DNA of 64,000 bases from an uncultured Bacilli bacterium (GTDB taxonomy: Bacteria; Bacillota_I; Bacilli_A; RF39; UBA660). The position numbers and the translations under genes were made by a program. The notes under the pieces are model-generated. The model saw only the letters and a program-made list of their open reading frames with translations. It was not told the DNA's origin and searched no databases. Position 1 is the first letter of the stretch, and every line of letters begins with the position of its first letter. This document shows, piece after piece, positions 9,568 to 17,254 of the stretch. The stretch covers positions 16,285 through 80,284 of the forward strand of contig CAKOSH010000008.1 in assembly GCA_934102215.1 (NCBI GenBank), in the 5' to 3' direction.

Positions 9568-10782
9568 TTAGCCGATGCGAAAGGCTGGAGAAACGCCAGC
9601 ACTATCACTAGCATACTCACTAGAAACTTCAATACCTAATCTTAAGAAACCACTATCATTAGCAGAGCTCGTTGAACGAAGCCACCATTCTGAAGCACTA
9701 CTGGTTTTATATTTTTTCTTTACTTTTTTGTTAATTATACCAAGACTTTTAGTGCCAATATAATAATCTAATGTTCTTGTTATACCATAATCTGTAATAG
9801 GTGGACCACTTACATTGGGTTCACTTAATGCTAACAAGTATAGTTTATCTATTGATGTAAAATTTTCTTCTCCGCTTGTACTTCCATGGCTTGATACTAC
9901 TATTGTATCTATTATTGCACTCTTTATTTCATCTGGTAATGTATTATATATATCATTATTTACAAATGTTCTCATTGAACTTGCTGGCCATCCTCCTACA
10001 TTTGTATTTGTATCATTCATAGCATGCACTGTTATTATATCAGCAAATTCAAGAACAAATCCACATGCGCTTTGTGAGAAACCTTCTGTTTTACATTCAT
10101 TTGGTGTTGATGTATTTGCTACGCGTAATGTATGTGTTCCATATACTGTTCCTAAATCAACTTCTTTTGTATCTCCTACTTTATAAACACTTCCCCTGCC
10201 AACCTTTACATTTGCAATTATTTCGTTCCATGGTTCATTGGTAAAATTCGCTTTATATTCTTCTATACCTAACACTCCACTAAACTTTTTACCTTGATTA
10301 TAGTTTTGATCTTCATTTGTTTCTTTGAAAAGTATTGTGAAAGTATATTTATGAATAATACCACTTTCTATTGATATTTTCTTTGCAATTGTCATATCAC
10401 TTATTGGTACTCGTGATATTGATTCGCATGTTCCCTCCACTGTACCACTTGCATTTAATCTTTGACAAGTTGCTGAAATAACAAGTTCATCATTTATAAT
10501 AGTATTTGTTAGTGATTGCCAAATAATATTGTAATTCGCATCTAATGTACCATTATTTTTTATTGATACTTCTTTTGTTGTTGACCATCCTGGTTTTATA
10601 TATTGTGCATTTATCGCTGGTCCATCAGTATATGTAAGTTTCAAAGTACCAGCTTCTACTATTACATCTTTTGCATTATCATTTCCTTTTACAGCAGTAC
10701 TAAAGTACACATAAGAAAGTCCTGTTGTAAGAAGTAACAACAATGCAAGTGCTGTTACAATTAAAATTTTATTATCTTTCAT
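9568..10782 (-). CDS. Secreted SipW-type-signal / DUF6273-like protein (paralog B)
   Basis: About 88% identical to paralog A over the first ~176 aa by manual count. Ends WWLRS...GVSPAFRIG. The second ATG is chosen to match paralog A (MKDNKILIV...). Confidence 0.6.
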   Translation of the reverse strand: MKDNKILIVTALALLLLLTTGLSYVYFSTAVKGNDNAKDVIVEAGTLKLTYTDGPAINAQYIKPGWSTTKEVSIKNNGTLDANYNIIWQSLTNTIINDELVISATCQRLNASGTVEGTCESISRVPISDMTIAKKISIESGIIHKYTFTILFKETNEDQNYNQGKKFSGVLGIEEYKANFTNEPWNEIIANVKVGRGSVYKVGDTKEVDLGTVYGTHTLRVANTSTPNECKTEGFSQSACGFVLEFADIITVHAMNDTNTNVGGWPASSMRTFVNNDIYNTLPDEIKSAIIDTIVVSSHGSTSGEENFTSIDKLYLLALSEPNVSGPPITDYGITRTLDYYIGTKSLGIINKKVKKKYKTSSASEWWLRSTSSANDSGFLRLGIEVSSEYASDSAGVSPAFRIG

Positions 10783-10808
10783 AATCATCTACCATACTTT
10801 CATTAGTA

Positions 10809-10845
10809 AGTATAGCATAAATTACCCCCCCGCAAGCAAACATTT
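10809..10845 (-). promoter_or_regulatory. Putative promoter of paralog B (same block as 5096-5131, G7 tract, spacer 1 nt shorter)
   Basis: Reverse strand reads GTTTGCTTGCGGGGGGGTAATTTATGCTATACT. Confidence 0.5.
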
Positions 10846-10860
10846 GTTCTTATTTCATTA

Positions 10861-10892
10861 CAACACAAAAGTGCTTATGAAAAGCACTTTTT
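10861..10892 (-). terminator. Rho-independent terminator after rplA
   Basis: Reverse strand AAAGTGCTT-TTCAT-AAGCACTTT followed by TGTGTTG; the arm-terminal TTT continues this into a TTTTGTGTTG T-tract. Confidence 0.7.
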
Positions 10893-10895
10893 ATA

Positions 10896-11585
10896 TTAAA
10901 GTCCAAATGAAGTTTTATCTACTTTAACACCAGGACCCATAGTTGTTGAAATACTAATTCCTTTAACAAATGTACCTTTAACACTACTTGGTTTGTTTTT
11001 AACTATTTCAGCAACGATTGCTCTTAAATTTTCTTCAAGTTTTTCTTCACTGAATGATAGTTTACCAAATGAGAAGTGTACATTTCCATAAGAATCATTT
11101 TTGTATTCTACCATACCTTTTTTGATATTACTAACTGCATCTTTAACATTTGTAGTAACTGTTCCAAGTTTAGGATTAGGCATTAATCCTTTAGGACCTA
11201 AAATTTTACCAAGTTTTCCTAATGCAGGCATCATTTCTGGAGTAGCAACGATAGTATCAAAATCAAACCAATTTTCTTTTTCAATTTTTTCTAACATATC
11301 TTCTGCTCCACAATATTCAGCTTCGCTAGCTTCAGATGCTTTAGTTTTAGTAATAACTAATACTCTTTTTGTCTTACCAGTTCCGTTAGGAAGAACAAAA
11401 CTTCCTCTTACGTTCATATCAGTTTTTTTAGCATCAATATTTAATTTCAATACTGCATCAACTGATTCATCAAATTTTCTAGTTTTAAGACTTTTAAGAA
11501 CTTTAATCGCTTCAGTAACATCGTAACTTTTATTTTTTTCAACATTACCTAATGCTTCCACATACATCTTACTATGTTTTCTCAT
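10896..11585 (-). CDS. rplA: 50S ribosomal protein L1
   Basis: Typical L1 sequence (VDAVLKLNIDAKKTDMNVRG, ATPEMMPALGKLGKILGPKGLMPNPK). Follows rplK. Confidence 0.95.
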   Translation of the reverse strand: MRKHSKMYVEALGNVEKNKSYDVTEAIKVLKSLKTRKFDESVDAVLKLNIDAKKTDMNVRGSFVLPNGTGKTKRVLVITKTKASEASEAEYCGAEDMLEKIEKENWFDFDTIVATPEMMPALGKLGKILGPKGLMPNPKLGTVTTNVKDAVSNIKKGMVEYKNDSYGNVHFSFGKLSFSEEKLEENLRAIVAEIVKNKPSSVKGTFVKGISISTTMGPGVKVDKTSFGL

Positions 11586-11648
11586 AAACTAACCTCCTTA
11601 TGTGGTCTTTGGATTATCTTTATTTCTCACGAATAATTTTTTATTTAA

Positions 11649-12254
11649 TTATTCTTCGCTTTCTGTTTCTTCTTTAGTATCTTGATGTGTTACTTCTACT
11701 TCAACATTAGCACCTTCAGCTAATGCTTTAGCGCTTTCTTCCATCGCTTCTAAATCAGCTTCAAGTTTAGCAGCTTGTGCTTCAGCTTCTTCTGCTTCTT
11801 TTTCTTGTTCAGCTAATTCAGCATCATTTAATCCCTTAACTGCGATACCCATATTTCTAGCAGTTCCAGCAACTGTATTCATTGCTGATTTTAAATCATA
11901 TGCATTTAAATCTGGCATTTTGATTTCTGCGATTTTTTGAATATCATCTTTTGATAATGTAGCAACTACATTGTTAGCACCTTTAGTACTTCCTTTATCA
12001 ATTCCAGCAGCCTTCTTTAATAAAGTTGGAGTTGGTGGAGTTTTTAAAACGAAGTCAAATGATCTATCATCATAAATAGAAATTTCAACTGGTACTATAT
12101 CTCCCATTTTTTCTCTAGTTGCATCATTATATTTTGTACAAAATTCTTGTAGATTAATTCCTGCAGGTCCTAAAACAGTTCCAACTGGTGGAGCTGGTGT
12201 TGCTTTTCCTGCTGGGATTTGTAATTTAATTTTCTTTACAACATTCTTTGCCAC
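11649..12254 (-). CDS. rplK: 50S ribosomal protein L11 with an atypical ~60-aa acidic C-terminal extension
   Basis: KIKLQIPAGKATPAPPVGTVLGPAGIN is the L11 core. Start reassigned to GTG 12252-12254 (MAKNVVKK), 6 nt after AGGAGGTG; the track start overlaps the RBS. Confidence 0.9.
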   Translation of the reverse strand: MAKNVVKKIKLQIPAGKATPAPPVGTVLGPAGINLQEFCTKYNDATREKMGDIVPVEISIYDDRSFDFVLKTPPTPTLLKKAAGIDKGSTKGANNVVATLSKDDIQKIAEIKMPDLNAYDLKSAMNTVAGTARNMGIAVKGLNDAELAEQEKEAEEAEAQAAKLEADLEAMEESAKALAEGANVEVEVTHQDTKEETESEE

Positions 12255-12364
12255 GAAAAACACCTCCTATATAATTTAGTTTTATTTTTTTCGCGAGTGG
12301 TATTCTTGATAACCCTAATCTCCCACTTCTAATTTATATTAATCCAATATAAATCGACTACTAG

Positions 12365-12393
12365 ATAATAGCATAAAAACTGCATAAAATCAA
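12365..12393 (-). promoter_or_regulatory. Sigma-A type promoter for rplK-rplA
   Basis: Reverse strand TTGATT-17 nt-TATTAT with TG at the extended -10 position. Leaves a ~100-nt leader. Confidence 0.55.
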
Positions 12394-12422
12394 GAAAATT
12401 CGATACAATATTAATGATTATT

Positions 12423-12944
12423 ATGAAAAAGATTAAAATTATAGGTGTTTTTATTATAATGGCTTTATCTGTTTTATGTCATTTTTTATATGAATGGAAT
12501 AGCAATTTTATATTTAGTATAATTTGTCCGGTTAATGAAAGTATATGGGAGCATATGAAATTAATGGCTACGCCTCTTCTTTTATATGGTATTTTTGAAT
12601 GGATTTATTATAAGAAAAAGAATATCAATTATGATAATTTATTAATATCACTTTGTGTTTCTATCATAGTTGGTATTATTGCATATTTGATACCTTATCT
12701 TATTATTGATAAATTTATTAATCATAATATAATTGTATCTATTAGCTTATTATTTTTAGATTATTGTTTTATGGAATATTTAAGTTTTAAGATAATTAAT
12801 TCAAATAAAATTAAATATTCAAATTATATAGGAATTATTTTATTGTTTTTGATATATTTTATGTTTTATTATCTTACTTATAATCCACCTCATACTTATT
12901 TATTTTATGATACCAAGGATAAAATTTATGGAATTAAAAACTGA
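12423..12944 (+). CDS. Multi-pass membrane protein of unknown function
   Basis: Five or six hydrophobic segments and a conserved-looking PVNESIWEHMKL motif. Start at the second ATG is uncertain. Confidence 0.4.
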   Translation: MKKIKIIGVFIIMALSVLCHFLYEWNSNFIFSIICPVNESIWEHMKLMATPLLLYGIFEWIYYKKKNINYDNLLISLCVSIIVGIIAYLIPYLIIDKFINHNIIVSISLLFLDYCFMEYLSFKIINSNKIKYSNYIGIILLFLIYFMFYYLTYNPPHTYLFYDTKDKIYGIKN

Positions 12945-12963
12945 ACGATTAGGTTCAGTTTTT

Positions 12964-14010
12964 CTATAGTTCAACTATTTTATGTTTATTTGGATCAATT
13001 AGTATTTTAACTGCGTCATCTTGTCCACTTGTTAATCTTTCAAATGATGCTTGTAAGTCATCTAGTGTTGCAATGTCATCTATATATTTTTCAAGGTTGA
13101 TTCTTTTTCTATTTAGTAAATCTATAACTGCATCAAATTCTTCTCTTTTATATGCAATAGATCCTTTAATATTTATTTCTTTCATTACTCCTGCGACTAA
13201 TGGAATACTTACATTGTTAAGTGAAATACCTACTAATATTAGGTTTCCATTTGGTTTTGTAAATATTATTCCTGATGTTAATGCTGCTGAATTACCACAA
13301 CAATCACATACTACATCAAATCCATTATTGTTTGTTTTAGCATATAATTTCTCCATTAATTTTGGATCTAATGCGTTGAAATATTCATCTGCAGCACCTA
13401 GTTTAACTGATTTTTTACCTCTTAATTCATTTGTTTCAGTAAGTGCTACATAACTTGCTCCTTTTAGCTTTAGGAATTCTGCTGTTAAAAGTCCAATAAT
13501 TCCACCACCTATTACTAAGCATTTATCACCTTTTTTAACGTTAGCAAGGTCTGCTGCTCTTAAACCTACTGCTGCTGGTTCTACCATTGCTCCTGATTCA
13601 AATGAAACATTATCTGGAAGCAATCTTACCATATCTTCTCTTACTAAAATTCTTCCACCAAATGCTCCTGGGAAATCAAGACTAAGTCCAACTGCATGAG
13701 TCCATGTATTTTTGCATATTTGAACCTCTCCTCTTTTGCATTCTTCACATTCTAAACATGGTGAAATTGGTAATGCTGTTACTCTATCTCCTTCTTTGAA
13801 TTTCTTACTTCCACCATTATCAATAACGATACCACTAAACTCGTGTCCCATTACAAGTCCTGCTGGAGCGCCTGATTCCCAATAATGAATATCAGAACCA
13901 CAAATACCTGCCTTTAAAACATCTATTAAAATGTAACCAGGTCTTCCAATTAGATTATCTCTTTTCTCTAATTCTATTTTTCTAGCACCTTTAAGTACTC
14001 CACTTCTCAT
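12964..14010 (-). CDS. Zinc-dependent medium-chain alcohol/polyol dehydrogenase
   Basis: GICGSDIHYW and GHEFSG zinc motifs; a structural-zinc Cys cluster CLECEECKRG; GGGIIGL Rossmann motif. Start at MRSGVLKG follows an AAGGGTG RBS. Confidence 0.85.
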   Translation of the reverse strand: MRSGVLKGARKIELEKRDNLIGRPGYILIDVLKAGICGSDIHYWESGAPAGLVMGHEFSGIVIDNGGSKKFKEGDRVTALPISPCLECEECKRGEVQICKNTWTHAVGLSLDFPGAFGGRILVREDMVRLLPDNVSFESGAMVEPAAVGLRAADLANVKKGDKCLVIGGGIIGLLTAEFLKLKGASYVALTETNELRGKKSVKLGAADEYFNALDPKLMEKLYAKTNNNGFDVVCDCCGNSAALTSGIIFTKPNGNLILVGISLNNVSIPLVAGVMKEINIKGSIAYKREEFDAVIDLLNRKRINLEKYIDDIATLDDLQASFERLTSGQDDAVKILIDPNKHKIVEL

Positions 14011-14096
14011 ATTATCACACCCTTTATTCTTAATAATTTTATCATAATAAATTAAAAAATGCATTATATTTGATGCATTTTCTATTTTTTTTACAA

Positions 14097-14636
14097 TTAA
14101 TAATTTTCTTTTTTGATTTCCATATAACTTTCTGGATGTTTACAAACAGGACAAACTTTTAATGCTTTTTTGCCTTTATAAATATGTCCACAATTTCTAC
14201 AAATCCATACTTTTTCTTCACCACGTTCAAATACTAAATTATTTTCAATGTTCCCTACTAATTTCATATATCTTTCTTCATGATGTTTTTCTATTTCACC
14301 AACACTTTCAAATAATTTTGCAATGTTATCAAATCCTTCAGCACGAGCAGTTTCAGCAAATTCTTTATACATTTCTGTCCATTCATAATTTTCACCACTT
14401 GCTGCATCTTTTAAATTTTCAAGTGTACTTGGAACTTCACCATTATGTAATTCTTTGAACCATAATTTAGCATGTTCTTTTTCATTATTAGCAGTTTCTT
14501 CAAATATTTCTGCTATTTGTTCGTACCCTTCCTTTTTAGCCTTACTAGCATAGTAAGTATATTTATTTCTTGCTTGACTTTCACCTGCGAAAGCAGCCAT
14601 TAAGTTAGCTTCTGTTTTACTACCTTTTAATTCCAT
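14097..14636 (-). CDS. rbr: Rubrerythrin
   Basis: Ferritin-like N-domain ([20 protein letters not shown]) plus C-terminal rubredoxin CRNCGH...CPVCKHP. Confidence 0.9.
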   Translation of the reverse strand: MELKGSKTEANLMAAFAGESQARNKYTYYASKAKKEGYEQIAEIFEETANNEKEHAKLWFKELHNGEVPSTLENLKDAASGENYEWTEMYKEFAETARAEGFDNIAKLFESVGEIEKHHEERYMKLVGNIENNLVFERGEEKVWICRNCGHIYKGKKALKVCPVCKHPESYMEIKKENY

Positions 14637-14684
14637 TTTAATTCCTCCTTACTTTTAAAAGTTTACTTTATAAAACTTCATATG

Positions 14685-15221
14685 TCAATTTAATTTATAT
14701 TTTTTTGCAATAAAATAATTTTTATTTACTTCTTTTACACTAAAATTTAATGATTTAAATATTTTTAAACTATACTTGTTATCAATATCAGTAAAAACCA
14801 AATCTTTCTTATTATAATAATGTAAGTAAGTTTTTACTAATTTTTTAGCAAGACCTCTTTTTCTAAAATTTTTATTTACACCCACAAGTACTATATAATT
14901 TGAATTTTTATCTATTTTACTAATGTATTTATTAATTTCTGGATACTTTTCTTTATCAAAAATTAATTTTACTGCTTCCTTATCTTCTAATATTTCATTC
15001 ATTTTTAATGTGCATAGAAATGATATTTTCTTACTATATCTTTTTGTATAAAGAATTGTTCCATATTTTATATAATAATTAAATAATTTTGTGATTAATT
15101 CTCTATCTTTTATAATATTTTTATCTCTAGAAGTAAATATTTTATCTTTTTTGAAACACTCGATATATAAATCTATTATTTCATCATCTACTTTTGTTAA
15201 TTTATATACTTTACTTTTCAT
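14685..15221 (-). CDS. GNAT family N-acetyltransferase
   Basis: Acetyl-CoA binding motif VGVNKNFRKRGLAKKLV. Confidence 0.7.
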   Translation of the reverse strand: MKSKVYKLTKVDDEIIDLYIECFKKDKIFTSRDKNIIKDRELITKLFNYYIKYGTILYTKRYSKKISFLCTLKMNEILEDKEAVKLIFDKEKYPEINKYISKIDKNSNYIVLVGVNKNFRKRGLAKKLVKTYLHYYNKKDLVFTDIDNKYSLKIFKSLNFSVKEVNKNYFIAKKYKLN

Positions 15222-15648
15222 CGTTTGTTTCTGTATATATTACAGGATTTGGTAATTTTTTACTATATTTTCCTGATTTTGATTTTACTTTGATGTTATT
15301 ATTTTCATCAACTGTAATTACGTATGTTAAATCATATTTTGTTTTACCACTTTCACTATTTGTACAACTAAATATGATTTCAGTTTCTCCTTTGTTAAAT
15401 GCTTTAAATGTTAATACTTGTGCTTCACTATCTAGTGTTTCATCATCTGCTGGTGTTAAAAATTCTTCTGTTTTTAAATCGATAACATTAGCATCCATTA
15501 TTGAATAAGACCAAATATAGTTACTTGAAGTATCTACATCTAATGATATTTTCATAGTATCTCCAGTTGACTTGTTTGATAAAATCTTTCCACATCCAGC
15601 AAGTAAAATCAATGTAATTGTTAATAATAATACTTTTAATTTTTTCAT
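15211..15648 (-). CDS. Small lipoprotein (possible chagasin/I42-like inhibitor fold, tentative)
   Basis: Lipobox LLAGC. Beta-rich, about 125-aa mature domain. Confidence 0.35.
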   Translation of the reverse strand: MKKLKVLLLTITLILLAGCGKILSNKSTGDTMKISLDVDTSSNYIWSYSIMDANVIDLKTEEFLTPADDETLDSEAQVLTFKAFNKGETEIIFSCTNSESGKTKYDLTYVITVDENNNIKVKSKSGKYSKKLPNPVIYTETNDEK

Positions 15649-15701
15649 TTTTCACCTCTTAGAGATATTATATCAAAAAAAGATTACTTTTGGTAACCTT
15701 T

Positions 15702-16241
15702 TTACATTTTTGACACTTGAAGTAAATCAACTTCAACTGGAGTTTCTTGTCCGAATAAATCAATAAGTACAGTAAGTTTTTCATTTTCTTTATCTTCACT
15801 TTCAATCTTACCATACATTCCTTTGAATGGACCATCTATAATTGTTACAGTGTCTCCTACTTCAACATTTGAATTAATTGGTTTAGTCATTTCTTCTTCA
15901 TCAGCAATAAATTTCTTAACTTCTTCTGGTGATAGTGGAATTGGTTTAGCACCTTTTCCTGATGAACCGATAAATCCAGTTACTCCTGGAGTATTACGAA
16001 CTACATACCACGCTTCATCACTCATAATCATTTCGATTAAAACATATCCTGGAAACATTTTACGTACTTTTTCTTTTTTAACTCCATCTTTAACTTCAAT
16101 TTCAGTTCTTTCTGGAATAATAACTCTAAATATGTTATTTTCCATTCCCATACTTTCACGTCTTGATTCTAAATAATCTTTAACTTTTTGTTCATGTCCG
16201 CTGTATGCATTAACAACATACCATAATTTCTTTTCTTCCAT
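15702..16241 (-). CDS. nusG: Transcription termination/antitermination factor NusG
   Basis: WYVVNAYSGHEQKV is the NGN domain. C-terminal KOW (GDTVTIIDGPFKGMYGKI). Confidence 0.95.
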   Translation of the reverse strand: MEEKKLWYVVNAYSGHEQKVKDYLESRRESMGMENNIFRVIIPERTEIEVKDGVKKEKVRKMFPGYVLIEMIMSDEAWYVVRNTPGVTGFIGSSGKGAKPIPLSPEEVKKFIADEEEMTKPINSNVEVGDTVTIIDGPFKGMYGKIESEDKENEKLTVLIDLFGQETPVEVDLLQVSKM

Positions 16242-16417
16242 TAGAATAGCCCCCTTATTGCTGCGAATAATGCATCAAGTCCATAAAAGAACAATCCAAA
16301 GAATACAAGCATTACGATTGTTATACAAGAATATTTAACCAATGCTTTACCATCTGGCCATCTTACAGCTTTTGATTCTTTCTTAACGCCTTTAAAGAAA
16401 CTTTTTATTTTCTTCAT
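16241..16417 (-). CDS. secE: Preprotein translocase subunit SecE
   Basis: KESKAVRWPDGKALVKYSCITIVMLVFF is typical SecE. ATG at 16417 follows GGAGGGA. TAATG overlap with nusG. Confidence 0.85.
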   Translation of the reverse strand: MKKIKSFFKGVKKESKAVRWPDGKALVKYSCITIVMLVFFGLFFYGLDALFAAIRGLF

Positions 16418-16496
16418 TTCAAATCCCTCCAAAAAAAAACACCTTTTGTGTAATTAAATATTATCATAAATACTAACTACTTTCAAGTGTTTTTAA

Positions 16497-16799
16497 CTAT
16501 TTTATATCAATTATATCTTTAATATATATTTTAGTTCCATCAATACAAAGTAAATAATCATAACTTTTTGATATTATTGTATATTCTCTTTCATAATCTT
16601 TTGTTTTAATTTTAAATTTCTTTTTATAAATAAAGTCATTCGATTTAAATAATTTATTTATCTTTTGCTGTAAATCATATTCATTTGGAATTATTTCTTC
16701 TTCATAAACATTTTTATCATTATAAGAGTAATATACTTCTTTATTATTACTTATATTTTTATTTATTTTGTTAACAAATATTTCAGGAACTTTTTTCAT
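16497..16799 (-). CDS. Hypothetical protein
   Basis: ORF only; no recognised motif. Confidence 0.3.
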   Translation of the reverse strand: MKKVPEIFVNKINKNISNNKEVYYSYNDKNVYEEEIIPNEYDLQQKINKLFKSNDFIYKKKFKIKTKDYEREYTIISKSYDYLLCIDGTKIYIKDIIDIK

Positions 16800-16825
16800 A
16801 TATTCACCTAGAATATTATATTATT

Positions 16826-17254
16826 TTAATATTCCAAATATTCATGTCTTTTGATATCTTTTTCTTTTATAGATTCTCTTTTGTCATATAGTTTTTTACC
16901 TTGACAAATACCTATTTCTACTTTAGCTTTTCCTTTTTTAAAATATATTTTAAGTGGTATTAAAGTATATTTTTTTAATGTAATTTCATTATTAATTTTA
17001 ATTATTTCATTTTTATGAAGTAATAGTTTTCTTTCACGTCTTTCATCATGATTAAATATGTTACCTTCTTCATATTTTGCGATAAACATATTTGTAAGAT
17101 ATACTTCATTGTTTTTTATTCTTGCATATGAATCATTTATGTTGGCATTTCCTTTTCTTAAGGACTTTATTTCAGTACCCTTTAACTCTATACCTGCTTC
17201 ATATGTATCTTTTATAAAATAATCATAATGTGCTTTTCTATTTATTATTTCCAT
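16826..17254 (-). CDS. smpB: SsrA-binding protein SmpB
   Basis: NRKAHYDYFI...GTEIKSLRKG...RERKLLLHKNEI is the SmpB signature. Confidence 0.95.
   Translation of the reverse strand: MEIINRKAHYDYFIKDTYEAGIELKGTEIKSLRKGNANINDSYARIKNNEVYLTNMFIAKYEEGNIFNHDERRERKLLLHKNEIIKINNEITLKKYTLIPLKIYFKKGKAKVEIGICQGKKLYDKRESIKEKDIKRHEYLEY

Noticed and set aside
16433-16826. I looked for tmRNA (ssrA) downstream of smpB.
   Set aside because: There is no GGGG...5' acceptor, no TCCACCA 3' end and no T-arm GGTTCGA motif on the minus strand here. The space is filled by a 100-aa ORF, so ssrA must lie elsewhere.
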